From NCBI GenBank assembly GCA_035314705.1, contig DATFZF010000047.1:20245-84244 (forward strand): 64,000 bases of DNA, given 5' to 3'. The first letter of the stretch is position 1; every line of letters begins with the position of its first letter. Below the pieces are notes generated by a model that was given only the letters and a program-made list of their open reading frames with translations, ran no database searches and had not been told where the DNA came from. This DNA comes from Steroidobacteraceae bacterium (GTDB lineage: Bacteria; Pseudomonadota; Gammaproteobacteria; Steroidobacterales; Steroidobacteraceae). The position numbers and the translations under genes were made by a program. Positions 49,225-60,218 of the stretch are shown in pieces.

Positions 49225-50132
49225 ACGCGGCACAGACCGAGATCGATGCGGTTCTCGCGCAAATCAATCGGGTGATCTTGGGCAAGGATGCGCAGATTCG
49301 CTTGTGCCTGGCGTGCCTGCTGGCGCGCGGCCACCTCCTGATCGAAGACATTCCGGGGGTCGGCAAGACCACACTCGCGCACGCGATCGCCAAGACTCTG
49401 GGGCTGTCCTTCCAGCGCGTGCAATTCACCAGCGACCTGCTGCCTGCCGATGTGCTCGGCGTCTCCATCTATGACCGCGAGACAGGCAAGTTCAGGTTTC
49501 AGCGCGGGCCGATATTTGCGCAGCTGGTGCTGGCGGACGAAATCAATCGAGCGTCGCCCAAGGCCCAGAGCGCATTGCTCGAGGCCATGGAGGAACATCA
49601 AGTGACCCTGGACGGCCAGTCGATGGCGCTGCCCGAGCCTTTCTTCGTCATCGCCACGCAGAATCCGCAGGATCAAGTCGGCACCTTTCCCCTCCCCGAG
49701 TCCCAATTGGACCGATTCTTGATGCGTGTGCATCTGGGATATCCCGCGGCGGCGGCGGAGCGCGAATTGTTGAGCGGCCTCGATCGGCGCGATTTGGTCA
49801 ATTCGCTCTCCACGGTCGCGACCGTGGAGAGCCTGCGGCGCCTGCAGCAGTGCGTGCTCGACATTCACGTGGCGCCGGCGCTTCTCGATTACGTGCAGGC
49901 ACTCGTGGCCCATACTCGTCACTCCTCGGGGTTGAACGTCGGTTTGTCGCCCCGGGCGGCCATTGGTCTGCTGCGTGCCGCACGCGCCTGGGCCTTGATT
50001 GCCGGCCGCAGCGCCGTGATCCCGGAGCATGTGCAAGCGGTGTTCGCCGCGGTGGTCGAACATCGTGTGCGCCAGCGGGACAGCGGGCCGGCCGCGGCCG
50101 CGCGGCTGCTCGAGGCCGTCCCCGTCCCTTAA
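49221..50132 (+). CDS. MoxR-like AAA+ ATPase
   Basis: [47 protein letters not shown]. The ATG overlaps the valS stop (ATGA). Confidence 0.93.
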   Translation: MNAAQTEIDAVLAQINRVILGKDAQIRLCLACLLARGHLLIEDIPGVGKTTLAHAIAKTLGLSFQRVQFTSDLLPADVLGVSIYDRETGKFRFQRGPIFAQLVLADEINRASPKAQSALLEAMEEHQVTLDGQSMALPEPFFVIATQNPQDQVGTFPLPESQLDRFLMRVHLGYPAAAAERELLSGLDRRDLVNSLSTVATVESLRRLQQCVLDIHVAPALLDYVQALVAHTRHSSGLNVGLSPRAAIGLLRAARAWALIAGRSAVIPEHVQAVFAAVVEHRVRQRDSGPAAAARLLEAVPVP

Positions 50133-50153
50133 GGCTCCAAGGCGAGGCCGACG

Positions 50154-51119
50154 TTGCGTACTATTCGCCAGGCAGCCATCGACAAAATACGCGCTTGGAG
50201 CGCTCGCCGCCACGGCCTCGATTCGCTGCCGATCAAGATCAACCGCCGCCGCATCTACATCCTGCCGACGCGCTTCGGCATCATGCTGGGACTCGTGCTC
50301 GCCGCCATGCTGATTGCGGGACTCAACTACAACAGCAACTTAGGGCTGGCGTTCGGATTCCTGATGGCGAGCGTTGCGCTCGTCACTATGCATCATTGCA
50401 ATCGCAACCTGCTGGGCCTGCAGGTGGACGTGACCACCGAAGTGGACGCGTTCGCCGGCCGCGAGGCCAGGTTCGAGTTCGTGCTCAAGAATGCCTCGAA
50501 CGTCGAGCGCCGCGATGTCGAGATCCGCTGTCTGACGGCCAGCGGCATTTGCAGCGTCGCGGCCGCATCGAGCGAATCCGTCAGCGTCGCCGTTCCGGTG
50601 CCTCGCCGCGGAATCACGCGCATCGCTCAGTTCGAGCTGCGCACCCGTCATCCCTTCGGTTGGTTCAACGCCTGGACTTATGTGCAAGGCTCGCTGATCG
50701 CCCATGTCGCGCCTGCGCCTCGCGGCGAGCGAACGCTCCCGTCGGCTGCGGGCGCAGGATCCGGATCCCGCTCGGAGGTGCGCGGCGACGAGGACTTCGC
50801 GGGCCTGCGCGCCTACGAGCCCGGCGTGCCGCTCAAGCACATGGCCTGGAAAGTGTTGGCTCGAGGCGGTGAGGCCGCGGTTCGCAGCTATACCTCTCTG
50901 GCCGCGCTTCCCGAATGGCTGGAATGGTCCGCCCTGACGGGCCTGGACACCGAGTCCCGCCTCTCGCAACTCTGTCTGTGGGTGTTGGAGAGCGAGGCTG
51001 CGCAGCGGATCTATGGCCTGAGACTACCGGGCAGGGAAATTGCGCCTGCGTTCGGCGCGGCGCATCGATTCGCCTGCCTACGGGCGCTCGCCGCCTATGC
51101 GATCGCGGAGCCGCGGTGA
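50154..51119 (+). CDS. DUF58 domain protein
   Basis: N-terminal TM hairpin, GDEDFAGLRAYEPGVPLKHMAWK motif typical of DUF58; follows MoxR. TTG start. Confidence 0.85.
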   Translation: MRTIRQAAIDKIRAWSARRHGLDSLPIKINRRRIYILPTRFGIMLGLVLAAMLIAGLNYNSNLGLAFGFLMASVALVTMHHCNRNLLGLQVDVTTEVDAFAGREARFEFVLKNASNVERRDVEIRCLTASGICSVAAASSESVSVAVPVPRRGITRIAQFELRTRHPFGWFNAWTYVQGSLIAHVAPAPRGERTLPSAAGAGSGSRSEVRGDEDFAGLRAYEPGVPLKHMAWKVLARGGEAAVRSYTSLAALPEWLEWSALTGLDTESRLSQLCLWVLESEAAQRIYGLRLPGREIAPAFGAAHRFACLRALAAYAIAEPR

Positions 51120-53110
51120 CGCCCAAGCCGGTGTCGTACGAACAGCTGTGGGGCATATTCGCCTGCCTCATCCTCGCATTGCTTGCGCACCTCGGCTCGC
51201 TGCCGGTGTGGGTGCTCGTGACCGTGGCCGTGTCGGGCGGCCTGCGATTGGCGCTGGCGCGCCGCGGCCGCGCCGGCCCGCCGCGCGCCCTGCGCCTGAG
51301 CATTGTCGCCGTCGCGATCGCACTGCTGTTCGTGCAATTCCGCACCTTCAATGGCTTGTCCGCGGGGACGGCGCTGCTGGTCCTGGTGGCCGGTTTGAAG
51401 ATGCTCGAGACCGAGACGCAGCGCGATATCTACGTCATCACCTTGAGCATCTACTTCGTCAGTGTGTCGGCGCTCTTGGAGAGCACCTCATTTTGGCTGT
51501 TCGCCTACCTCATCGGCGTCTGCTGGCTGACGACGGCCGCGCTGTTGCGGCTCACGGGCACCCTGCCGCTGCCGGATTGGCGCCGCTGCCTGCGCTACTC
51601 CGGGCGTTTGCTGGGTCAGGCGCTGCCGCTCGCGCTGGTGCTGTGGCTGCTCTTTCCTCGATTCGCCGGGCCGCTCTGGCACATACCGGAGGATGGGCAC
51701 AGCGCCGCCTCGGGCTTGAGCGACACCATGAGCCCCGGCGACATCGATCAGCTGGCCTTGTCGGATGAAGTGGCTTTCCGCGTGCATTTCGCTGGGGCCG
51801 CCCCGCCGCCGCAGGAGCGCTACTGGCGAGGCCCCGTGATGCATGCATTCGACGGGCGCACGTGGTCGCGTGCCTATTCCGGACAGCTCGGCGCGCCCGC
51901 GCTGCAACCGCAGGGGCCGGCGTACGACTATACCGTCAGCCTGGAGCCGAACCAGCGCCGCTGGATTTTCGCGCTCGATTGGCCGTCGCACTGGGACTTG
52001 GCCGACGCGGCGCTCACCGGCGACTACACCCTGATGCGGCGCGACCCGGTGTCGCGGCCCATCGACGTCGCCGCGACCTCGCATACGCGAGTGCAATGGA
52101 CGACGCCGCTGAGCCCAACGATGCGCGAGCGGGATACCCGGATTCCGCCAAACAGCAATCCGCGCACGGTGCAAATGGCGCAATCCCTGCGCCGTGCGCA
52201 TCCCGCCGATGCGGAGTACGTGAGCGCCGTGCTCGCCATGTTCACACAGCAGCCGTTCTACTACACGTTGACGCCGCCCAAGCTATCCGACAACTCGGTG
52301 GATGCCTTCCTGTTTGATTCGAAGCGAGGCTTCTGCGAGCACTATGCCTCGGCATTCGCGGTGCTGATGCGCGCCGCGGGGATCCCGGCGCGCGTGGTGA
52401 CCGGCTACCAGGGGGGCACGTTCAATCGATTCGCGGATTACTGGATCGTGCGGCAAAGCGATGCACATGCGTGGGATGAGATCTGGATCGAAGGGCGCGG
52501 GTGGTTGCGGATGGATCCCACCTCGGCGATCGCGCCGGAGCGGGTGGAACACGGCGCGGGCGATGCGCTGAACGCCGAGGACGCCTTGGGCGTAGGGTGG
52601 CGCGGCCGTATGCACTGGTTCGCCGATGCGCGGCTGCGGCTCGACGCACTCCGGCAGCTGTGGCGCGAACGTATTCTTTTCTTCGATCAGGATTCGCAGC
52701 AGAAGCTGCTCGAATGGCTGAAGATTCCCGAACCGGACGGACACAAGCTCGTGCTGTTGCTGGCGGCGGCGCTGACGCTGGTGCTGTGCTGGCTCACGTG
52801 GATCGTGCGCCGCGAAGTCGATACCTCGCGCAAGGAACTGCTGGTCCGCATCTACGCGCGGCTCTGCGCCAAATTGGCCGCGGCCGGATTACCGCGGCTG
52901 GCGCATGAAGGCGCGGAAGCCTACGCGGCCCGCGTTGCGCTGCGTCGCCCGGATATCGGCCGCGCCGTCACCGCGCTGTGCCGGCATTATTCGACTCTGC
53001 GCTACGCCGCTCCCACCGCACACATCACGGTCGGCCAATTCGATGCCGCCGTGCGTGCCTTCCGGCCGACCGCCCGCCCGAAAAGCTCGCGTCGCCGCAC
53101 CTATCGGTGA
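51116..53110 (+). CDS. transglutaminase-like membrane protein (DUF3488 + TGase core, TgpA-like)
   Basis: N-terminal multi-TM region. Core GFCEHYASAFAVLMRAAGIPARVVTGYQGG...DAHAWDEIW (Cys-His-Asp). GTG 51116 overlaps the DUF58 stop (GTGA). Confidence 0.85.
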   Translation: MTPKPVSYEQLWGIFACLILALLAHLGSLPVWVLVTVAVSGGLRLALARRGRAGPPRALRLSIVAVAIALLFVQFRTFNGLSAGTALLVLVAGLKMLETETQRDIYVITLSIYFVSVSALLESTSFWLFAYLIGVCWLTTAALLRLTGTLPLPDWRRCLRYSGRLLGQALPLALVLWLLFPRFAGPLWHIPEDGHSAASGLSDTMSPGDIDQLALSDEVAFRVHFAGAAPPPQERYWRGPVMHAFDGRTWSRAYSGQLGAPALQPQGPAYDYTVSLEPNQRRWIFALDWPSHWDLADAALTGDYTLMRRDPVSRPIDVAATSHTRVQWTTPLSPTMRERDTRIPPNSNPRTVQMAQSLRRAHPADAEYVSAVLAMFTQQPFYYTLTPPKLSDNSVDAFLFDSKRGFCEHYASAFAVLMRAAGIPARVVTGYQGGTFNRFADYWIVRQSDAHAWDEIWIEGRGWLRMDPTSAIAPERVEHGAGDALNAEDALGVGWRGRMHWFADARLRLDALRQLWRERILFFDQDSQQKLLEWLKIPEPDGHKLVLLLAAALTLVLCWLTWIVRREVDTSRKELLVRIYARLCAKLAAAGLPRLAHEGAEAYAARVALRRPDIGRAVTALCRHYSTLRYAAPTAHITVGQFDAAVRAFRPTARPKSSRRRTYR

Positions 53111-53183
53111 CGCATTGTTGGGGAACGGCGCAAACGGCTACAATCGCTAGCCACCAACGCCGCGCCCGCCCCCGGAGTCCGAC

Positions 53184-53756
53184 ATGACCCGATCGCTAGC
53201 CGTTTTTCTCACCGCACTTGCCGCGCTCTCGGCGTATGCCACAGGCGTCGGGCTCAAGCCAGGCCTCTGGGAGGTGCGGGTCGTCAAGCAGGTCGTCGAC
53301 GGCCAGGATATGACGGCGCAACGGGCGGCCCAGGCTGCGAAGATGCAGCAGACGATGGCTGCTATGCCGCCGGAGCAACGCGCCAAGATGGAGGCCATGT
53401 TCAAACAGAACGGCGTCAGCCAAGGCAGCGACGGCGGCTATCGTCTGTGCATCAGCGCTGAAATGGCGCAGCGGGATACTCCGATCGTGGACAAAGATGG
53501 GCGCTGTCAGCCCGCGAAGGTGATCCACAGCGGCAACCACACAACCTACGAGTTCAGCTGTAGCTCGAACGGCATCACGACGGTCGGCAAGGGCGAAACC
53601 ACGGCCGCCGGCGATCTGATCACGACGCGCAGCGACATGACCATGACGCGTGCGAATGGCCCGCCGCGCGTCATGCACAATGAGTCGGAGATGAAGTACC
53701 TGGGTTCGGACTGCGGTGGTCTGAAGCCGCTTGCACCGCCGGAGCACCCGCAGTAG
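53184..53756 (+). CDS. DUF3617-like periplasmic protein
   Basis: Signal peptide, GLKPGLWEVRVVKQ start motif, conserved Cys pairs; 190 aa. Confidence 0.7.
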   Translation: MTRSLAVFLTALAALSAYATGVGLKPGLWEVRVVKQVVDGQDMTAQRAAQAAKMQQTMAAMPPEQRAKMEAMFKQNGVSQGSDGGYRLCISAEMAQRDTPIVDKDGRCQPAKVIHSGNHTTYEFSCSSNGITTVGKGETTAAGDLITTRSDMTMTRANGPPRVMHNESEMKYLGSDCGGLKPLAPPEHPQ

Positions 53757-53816
53757 CCGCGCAAGATCAAGACCTGCTGCCGGTCTCCGGTTAACCCGTT
53801 TCGGGTGCTCGCCGCC

Positions 53817-55412
53817 CTACGCCGCGAGATTTTCGCGTGTCCGCAAGAATTGAATCTCGGGCCAGCGTTCCTCGGTCAAGCCGAGATTGACTCGCGTGGG
53901 CGCGAGATACACCAGCTCCCCGGCATGATCGATGGCGAGATTGTCATAGGCCTTGGTTCGAAACTCCATGAGCCGCTTCTCGTCTTTGAGGCTGACCCAG
54001 CGCGCCATGGCCACGTTGATCGGCTCGAACACGCACTGCACGCTGTACTCGTCTTGCAGCCGAAAGGCGACCACTTCGAATTGCAGCTGGCCGATGGCGC
54101 CGAGAATCAGATCGTTGTTGCGCAGCGGCTTGAACAGCTGCGTGGCGCCCTCCTCGCACAGCTGCGACAGCCCCTTCTGCAGCGCCTTCATGCGCAAGGG
54201 GTCCTTGAGCACCGCGCGGCGGAATATTTCCGGGGCGAAATTCGGCACCCCGGTAAACGTGAGATTCTCGCCCTCGGTGAACGTGTCGCCGATATTGATG
54301 GTCCCATGGTTGTGCAGGCCGATGATGTCGCCGGCATACGCCTCCTCCGCTTGACTGCGGTCGGCGGCCAGGAATGTCAGCGCGTCGGCTATGCGAATGT
54401 CCTTGTCGAGACGCACGTGATGCAATCTCATGCCGCGCGCGTAGCGTCCGGAACACAGGCGCATGAAGGCGATGCGGTCGCGATGCCCGGGATCCATGTT
54501 GGCCTGGATCTTGAAGACGAATCCCGTCAGCTTCGGTTCGTCGGCCTCGACTTGGCGCTGCAGCGTCGGGCGCGGCAGCGGACCCGGGGAATGGGTCACG
54601 AAGGCGGTCAACAATTCGCGCACGCCAAAATTATTGACGGCCGAGCCGAAGAACACCGGGGTCTGCTGCGCCGCGCGATAGCGCTGCAAGTCGAACTGGG
54701 GACTGGCGCCGCGCACCAATTGCACCTCCTCCAGAAATTCTTCGTATCTCGGCCCGAGAAATTCCCGCGCTTCCTCGCTGGCGATGCCGTCGATGGTTTC
54801 ATGGGTTCCCGCCCGCCCTTTTTCGACCGGCACGTACACGTGGATTTTGTCCGACAGCAGATGATAGACCCCGAGCAGATCGCGCCCCATGCCGATCGGC
54901 CAGGTGATCGGCGCGCACTGAATTTTCAGCACGCTTTCGATTTCATCGAGCAGCTCGATCGGCGCCCGGCCGTCTCGATCCAGCTTGTTGACGAAGGTCA
55001 TGATGGGCGTGTCGCGCAGCCGGCACACGTCCATGAGCTTGATGGTGCGCTCTTCGACGCCCTTGGCGCAGTCGATGACCATCAATGCGGAATCGACCGC
55101 GGTCAGGGTGCGGTAGGTATCCTCGGAGAAGTCCTCGTGGCCCGGTGTATCGAGTAGATTGACGATGCAATCACCGTAGGGAAACTGCATCACCGAGGAG
55201 GTCACGGAAATACCGCGCTGCTGCTCCAGGCGCATCCAGTCCGACGTCGCGTGGCGCGTCGCCTTGCGCCCCTTGACGGTCCCCGCCATCTGAATGGCGC
55301 CGCCGAACAGCAGCAGCTTTTCGGTCAGTGTGGTCTTGCCCGCATCGGGGTGCGAGATGATGGCAAAAGTTCTCCTTCTGCTGATTTCCAGGGCTAGGGG
55401 GCCGCTCGACAT
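53817..55412 (-). CDS. prfC: peptide chain release factor 3
   Basis: [37 protein letters not shown]; 531 aa. Confidence 0.97.
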   Translation of the reverse strand: MSSGPLALEISRRRTFAIISHPDAGKTTLTEKLLLFGGAIQMAGTVKGRKATRHATSDWMRLEQQRGISVTSSVMQFPYGDCIVNLLDTPGHEDFSEDTYRTLTAVDSALMVIDCAKGVEERTIKLMDVCRLRDTPIMTFVNKLDRDGRAPIELLDEIESVLKIQCAPITWPIGMGRDLLGVYHLLSDKIHVYVPVEKGRAGTHETIDGIASEEAREFLGPRYEEFLEEVQLVRGASPQFDLQRYRAAQQTPVFFGSAVNNFGVRELLTAFVTHSPGPLPRPTLQRQVEADEPKLTGFVFKIQANMDPGHRDRIAFMRLCSGRYARGMRLHHVRLDKDIRIADALTFLAADRSQAEEAYAGDIIGLHNHGTINIGDTFTEGENLTFTGVPNFAPEIFRRAVLKDPLRMKALQKGLSQLCEEGATQLFKPLRNNDLILGAIGQLQFEVVAFRLQDEYSVQCVFEPINVAMARWVSLKDEKRLMEFRTKAYDNLAIDHAGELVYLAPTRVNLGLTEERWPEIQFLRTRENLAA

Positions 55413-55465
55413 GTTTCCTACCTGCTGATTGGTATTGCCCCAGGGACGCGTGCGGGCAGCCGATC

Positions 55466-55471
55466 ATTATA
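55466..55471 (-). promoter_or_regulatory. candidate -10 box (TATAAT) upstream of prfC
   Basis: Perfect TATAAT on the minus strand, 53 nt upstream of the prfC ATG. No convincing -35 seen. Confidence 0.25.
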
Positions 55472-55523
55472 GTGCGTCGTCGAGGGCGGCGCGAGGCATA
55501 CGGGGAATACCTTCCTGCGGCGG

Positions 55524-56027
55524 CTATTTCGCTTCCGGCAGCAGCAGCCGGCGCAGTACGGCGGCATCCTCGCGGCCCGCGAGCGCCTGATAGTACCCGC
55601 GCCGCACCCCCACCTGTTCGAAGCCCATCGAATGATAGAGCCGGGCAGCGGCCGTGTTGGAGGGCCTGACTTCGAGAAATGCCTCGTACATGCCGGCGGT
55701 TCGTGCCCGCTCCAGCAGATACAGAAGCATCTTGCGGGCGAATCCGCGGCAGCGATACTCATCGCGGATGCACACATTCAAGATGTGCGCCTCGCCGGCC
55801 CCGATGGACATGATGCCGTAGCCGGCCATGTCCCCGCCGACATCGACCACGCGGCATACATAGCCCACCCGCAGGCAATCGCGAAAAATCCCTTCGCTCC
55901 AGGGGAATTGATAGGCCGTACGCTCGATGGCCACGATCACGGGGACGTCGAGCTCGTGCATGGGCCGGATTTCGACCGAAGCATAGTCCAGTTCTTGCTT
56001 GACGCTAGACACGCGCGCATACCTCAC
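55524..56027 (-). CDS. rimI: ribosomal-protein-alanine N-acetyltransferase
   Basis: IRPMHELDVPVIVAIERTAYQFPW, GNAT core RCRGFARKMLLYLLERAR. Start uncertain (23-nt overlap with the upstream gene if 56027). Confidence 0.85.
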   Translation of the reverse strand: MRYARVSSVKQELDYASVEIRPMHELDVPVIVAIERTAYQFPWSEGIFRDCLRVGYVCRVVDVGGDMAGYGIMSIGAGEAHILNVCIRDEYRCRGFARKMLLYLLERARTAGMYEAFLEVRPSNTAAARLYHSMGFEQVGVRRGYYQALAGREDAAVLRRLLLPEAK

Positions 56028-56760
56028 GGGCGAATTTCAAATCCTCCCACGCCTTTCGCTTATCGGCCGGTGTACGCAGCAAATAGGCCGGATGATAAGT
56101 CGCGACCAACGGCACTTGGGAGAGTCCGAAGCGATGCACCTGCTGCCGCAGCCTGCCCAAGGTCACGTCGGTATGCAGCAGGTTCTGCGCGGCGATGCGG
56201 CCCACCGCCAGCATGAGTTTCGGCTTCAACAGCGCGATCTGCTGCTCGAGATACGGCAGGCACTCCGCGGCTTCGCCGGCGGTGGGATCGCGGTTGCCGG
56301 GCGGGCGGCATTTCAAGACATTGGCGATGTAAACCTGTTCGCGCGCCAAACCGATTGCCCGCAACATGGAGTTCAAGAGCTGGCCGGCGCGGCCCACGAA
56401 GGGCTCACCCTGACGGTCCTCGTCGGCGCCCGGCGCTTCGCCGACAATCAGCCATTCCGCCGTTTGGCTGCCCACGCCGAAGACGGTTTGCGTACGGGTA
56501 TTGCACAGCGTGCAACGCCTGCAGGCAGCCACCCGCGTCCGCAACTCCACCCAGTCCGCGCCGCTCTCGCGCGCTGCTGCTGTGTCGGGAGCCGCCGCCG
56601 GGTCAGGAGCCGCCGCCGGTTCAGGAGCCGCTGCCAGGTCGCGAGCCGGCAGCGGCGCAATGACTTCGCGCAGCGAATTCGCGGGCGTGGGTTTGCCGCG
56701 CACAACCCACGCCTCAACCCCTAATGCTGCGAGGTATTCCTGGCGTAGCGCGTTATTCAT
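56005..56760 (-). CDS. uracil-DNA glycosylase, family 4
   Basis: CRRCTLC..., [35 protein letters not shown] motifs. N-terminal extension with Ala/Pro repeats. Confidence 0.88.
   Translation of the reverse strand: MNNALRQEYLAALGVEAWVVRGKPTPANSLREVIAPLPARDLAAAPEPAAAPDPAAAPDTAAARESGADWVELRTRVAACRRCTLCNTRTQTVFGVGSQTAEWLIVGEAPGADEDRQGEPFVGRAGQLLNSMLRAIGLAREQVYIANVLKCRPPGNRDPTAGEAAECLPYLEQQIALLKPKLMLAVGRIAAQNLLHTDVTLGRLRQQVHRFGLSQVPLVATYHPAYLLRTPADKRKAWEDLKFAREVCARV
56588..56641 (-). repeat. 18-bp tandem repeat x3 inside the UDG N-terminal linker
   Basis: Plus-strand units ggagccgccgccgggtca / ggagccgccgccggttca / ggagccgctgccaggtcg, encoding the [17 protein letters not shown] region on the minus strand. 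Confidence 0.75.
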
Positions 56761-57529
56761 GAGTGCTCACCGCCGGCCGATTTCGACGGCGCAGCTTGCG
56801 GTAAGCCCAAACCGAGGGCGCCGACAGGCCGTACAACCCGAAAATCACCAATAAACTGATGGGCAGGTGCAGGAAGATCAGGATGAACGCGAGCGGCACC
56901 AATACGATGTAGGTGAAGCGAACTTTCGCACCGGGATTCACTTGCTTGAAGCTGATGAACGCAAATCGGCTGATCATGAGCGCGCCGGCCGTGGCCGTGA
57001 CCACGAAGGCCAAAATCAGCCCCGGCAAGCCGATGTCGGTTTTGTCGCTGGCAAGCCATACCAAGGCTGCGACGATGGCGGCAGCCGAGGGGCTCGGCAG
57101 ACCCTCGAAGTAATGCTTGTCCTGAACGGCGGACCTTGAATTGAAGCGGGCCAGACGCAGCGCGGCGGAGGCCGCGTAGAAAAAACATACCAGCCAGCCC
57201 AATCTGCGCCACAGCGGCCCGTACTCGGCGATGCGCGCAACGCCCCATTGGTAGGTGACGATGGCCGGTGCGACGCCGAAGGACACCATATCCGACAGGC
57301 TGTCGTACTCCTTGCCAAACAGGCTTTCCGTGTGCGTCCAGCGCGCCACTCGCCCATCCAATCCGTCGAAAATCATGGCGATGAATACGGCGGCTCCGGC
57401 CAGCTCAAACTTCAAGTCGATGGCCGCCACGATCGCATAAAAACCGGCGAACAATGCCCCCGTCGTAAGCAGGTTCGGCAGCCAGTACACTCCCCGCGGC
57501 CGCACTGTCGAGTCATCGAGGTCGCTCAT
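56753..57529 (-). CDS. pssA: CDP-diacylglycerol--serine O-phosphatidyltransferase
   Basis: [29 protein letters not shown] (CDP-alcohol phosphatidyltransferase motif); 258 aa, multi-TM. Confidence 0.9.
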   Translation of the reverse strand: MSDLDDSTVRPRGVYWLPNLLTTGALFAGFYAIVAAIDLKFELAGAAVFIAMIFDGLDGRVARWTHTESLFGKEYDSLSDMVSFGVAPAIVTYQWGVARIAEYGPLWRRLGWLVCFFYAASAALRLARFNSRSAVQDKHYFEGLPSPSAAAIVAALVWLASDKTDIGLPGLILAFVVTATAGALMISRFAFISFKQVNPGAKVRFTYIVLVPLAFILIFLHLPISLLVIFGLYGLSAPSVWAYRKLRRRNRPAVSTHE

Positions 57530-57564
57530 GCCGGCATAATACCAGGGGGGCTGATGTAAGATAT

Positions 57565-59280
57565 GTGGCCATGCGCTTATCTCAAAACCCCATTTCGACG
57601 CTCAAAGAGGTGCCCGCCGACGCAGACGTCGTCAGCCACCGCCTGATGTTGCGGACCGGCATGATCCGCCGCCTCGCGGCGGGCCTGTATGTTTGGCTGC
57701 CGCTCGGCCTGCGCACCCTGCGCAAGGTGGAGCACATCGTGCGCGCGGAGATGGACCGCGCCGGCGCTCTGGAGCTGTCCATGCCGACCGTCCAGCCCGC
57801 CGAATTGTGGAAAGAATCGGGCCGCTGGAGCAAGTACGGCCCGGAATTGCTGCGTTTCAAGGATCGGCACGACCGCGAGTTCGCCTACGGACCGACCCAC
57901 GAGGAGGTCATCACCGACATTGCGCGGCGCGAATTACGCAGCTACAAGCAATTGCCGGTTAATTTCTATCAAATTCAAACCAAGTTCCGCGATGAGGTGC
58001 GCCCGCGATTCGGCGTGATGCGCGCGCGCGAGTTCTTGATGAAGGATGCCTATTCGTTTCATGTGGACGAAGCGAGCCTTGCCCAGGGCTATCGCCAGAT
58101 GTACGAGGCTTACTCGCGGATATTCACGCGAATCGGGCTGAAATTTCGCGCCGTTCAGGCCGACGGCGGCAGCATCGGCGGCAGCACCTCCCAGGAGTTC
58201 CACGTGCTGGCCGATTCGGGCGAGGACGCCATCGTGTTCTCCGATGCCGACGATTACGCCGCCAATCTCGAGATGGCCGCCACCATCGCCCCCGCCGCAC
58301 CGCGTGCCGCCGCCGCGGAACCTCTGACCAAAGTGCCTACTCCGAACGCGCGCACCATCGCGGAGCTTGCCGCGCTGCTCGGGGTGGATGCGGCGAGATG
58401 CGTCAAGACCTTGCTGGTCGACGGCAGCGACGGCGGCGTAGTCGCCTTGGTGGTCCGCGGCGATCATGAGCTGAACGCGCTGAAGTCGCAGAAACTGCCC
58501 GGGGTTGCCGATCCGTTGCGGATGGCCTCGCCTGACCGGGTGCGCAAGGCCACCGGCTCCGAGCCCGGGTTCATCGGTCCCATCGGCTTCCCCGGCAAGA
58601 TCTACGTCGACTTCGCGGCGGCGCATCTGGCTGATTTCATCTGCGGCGCCAACGAGAACGATATGCACTTCCGCGGCGTGAATTGGGGGCGCGACTTGGC
58701 GGAGCCGCAGGCGGTCGATATTCGCAACGCGCAGCGCGGCGACCCGAGCCCGAGCGGCCGCGGCACACTGCAGATCGCACGCGGCATCGAGGTCGGCCAT
58801 ATTTTCCAGCTCGGACAGCTGTACAGCGAGGCCATGCATGCCAGCGTGCTGGATGAGCAGGGCAAGGCGTTGACGATGTTCATGGGCTGCTACGGAATCG
58901 GCGTCACCCGGATCGTCGCCGCGGCGATTGAACAGAACAACGATGCCAACGGCATCATCTGGCCGGATGCGATCGCGCCGTTTCAAGTCGTCCTGGTGCC
59001 CATCAACTACCAGAAATCGACGCTCGTTCAAGAGACCGCCGATTCCCTGTACCAGCAATTCAATGCCGCCGGTATCGACGTATTGCTCGACGATCGGGAC
59101 GCCCGCCCGGGCGTCAAATTCGCCGATTCGGAGCTCATGGGAATCCCGCATCGGATCGTGATCGGTGAGCGCGGCCTGGCCGCGGGGAATCTGGAATATC
59201 GTCACCGCCGCGCGACCGAATCGACGGAAATTTCCACGGCGGATCCGGTAGGCTATATACGAGATAAGTTAAACGGTTGA
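57565..59280 (+). CDS. proS: proline--tRNA ligase
   Basis: 571 aa, bacterial type with an editing insertion. [38 protein letters not shown]. Confidence 0.97.
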   Translation: MAMRLSQNPISTLKEVPADADVVSHRLMLRTGMIRRLAAGLYVWLPLGLRTLRKVEHIVRAEMDRAGALELSMPTVQPAELWKESGRWSKYGPELLRFKDRHDREFAYGPTHEEVITDIARRELRSYKQLPVNFYQIQTKFRDEVRPRFGVMRAREFLMKDAYSFHVDEASLAQGYRQMYEAYSRIFTRIGLKFRAVQADGGSIGGSTSQEFHVLADSGEDAIVFSDADDYAANLEMAATIAPAAPRAAAAEPLTKVPTPNARTIAELAALLGVDAARCVKTLLVDGSDGGVVALVVRGDHELNALKSQKLPGVADPLRMASPDRVRKATGSEPGFIGPIGFPGKIYVDFAAAHLADFICGANENDMHFRGVNWGRDLAEPQAVDIRNAQRGDPSPSGRGTLQIARGIEVGHIFQLGQLYSEAMHASVLDEQGKALTMFMGCYGIGVTRIVAAAIEQNNDANGIIWPDAIAPFQVVLVPINYQKSTLVQETADSLYQQFNAAGIDVLLDDRDARPGVKFADSELMGIPHRIVIGERGLAAGNLEYRHRRATESTEISTADPVGYIRDKLNG

Positions 59281-59287
59281 GGTACCC

Positions 59288-59878
59288 ATGCGGCGGCCGC
59301 AGCGCGCGACCAGGGCCTGCGCTTTAGTTGCTTTGGCGGGGTGCTGTGCCATGGCCGGGACCGCCCGTGCGGATCAGCAACGCGATCCTGAGCTCAAGGC
59401 CCTGCTGCAAAAGATCATCGGCAGCTCGGATTGCTTCGCCGACAGGTACGAATCCGAAGTCTGGTACAAAGCCATGGAGCCGCGGCTCATGCATCTCGTG
59501 CCCACGCACGAAGCGCGGGTCGAGATCCTGGATCACGTGTATTGCGAGGCCAAACGCGACCCTGCGCTGCAATTGCCGCCGGACTTGGTGCTCGCCATGA
59601 TCGAGGTCGAAAGCCGCTTCGACCGCTGGGCCGTGTCGCCCGCCGGCGCCGTCGGCCTCATGCAGGTGATGCCGTTTTGGCCGCACGAGCTGGGCGTGCA
59701 GAATCAGCTGGTGCGGGTCGAACCCAACATCCGGATGGGCTGCGAAATACTGCGCTATTACCTTCGCGCCGAAAACCGCAATTGGACCCGCGCCCTGGCG
59801 CGATACAACGGCAGCACCGGCCGCAACACCTACCCGGCGCTGGTTATGCAGCGCTGGCAACGGGTGTGGCGTTATTGA
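59288..59878 (+). CDS. lytic transglycosylase domain protein
   Basis: Signal peptide; catalytic MIEVESRFDRWAVSPAGAVGLMQVMP...YN motif. Confidence 0.85.
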   Translation: MRRPQRATRACALVALAGCCAMAGTARADQQRDPELKALLQKIIGSSDCFADRYESEVWYKAMEPRLMHLVPTHEARVEILDHVYCEAKRDPALQLPPDLVLAMIEVESRFDRWAVSPAGAVGLMQVMPFWPHELGVQNQLVRVEPNIRMGCEILRYYLRAENRNWTRALARYNGSTGRNTYPALVMQRWQRVWRY

Positions 59879-59903
59879 AAAATTGCCGACGTTTCAACGT
59901 CGG
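59876..59903 (-). terminator. rho-independent terminator downstream of the acylphosphatase gene
   Basis: Hairpin ccgacgt-ttca-acgtcgg (59886..59903). On the minus strand it is followed by CAATTTTTCA. Confidence 0.5.
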
Positions 59904-59930
59904 GCGCCCAAACGGGTCGAAACGCCGGCC

Positions 59931-60209
59931 TCAATAAATATCAAATCCCTCCGGAATCGGCGCGCCGTCGATCGGCGGCAGTTCCCGGACCTCCTCCACT
60001 TGCGCCCGGGCGGGTCCGCGATGCAGCCACAGGCGCAGCTCCTCGACCCCGGAGGTCGCGCCCTGCGCGAGCACCTCAACGGTGCCGTCAGGTAGATTGC
60101 GCGCGGTTCCTCGAATGAGCAGCCGCTGGGCCTCGAGCCGGGTGCTGTGGCGAAAATACACGCCCTGTACCCTCCCAAAGACGCGGAAACGGCGCGTGAC
60201 TTCGTCCAT
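59931..60209 (-). CDS. acyP: acylphosphatase
   Basis: FRVFGRVQGVYFRHSTRLEAQRLLIRGTARNLPDGTVEV; 92 aa. Confidence 0.9.
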   Translation of the reverse strand: MDEVTRRFRVFGRVQGVYFRHSTRLEAQRLLIRGTARNLPDGTVEVLAQGATSGVEELRLWLHRGPARAQVEEVRELPPIDGAPIPEGFDIY

Positions 60210-60218
60210 TGACCTGCC

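Noticed and set aside
53817-55412. Programmed frameshift as in release factor genes
   Set aside because: This is prfC (RF3, a GTPase), which has a single uninterrupted frame. The +1 frameshift is a prfB feature.
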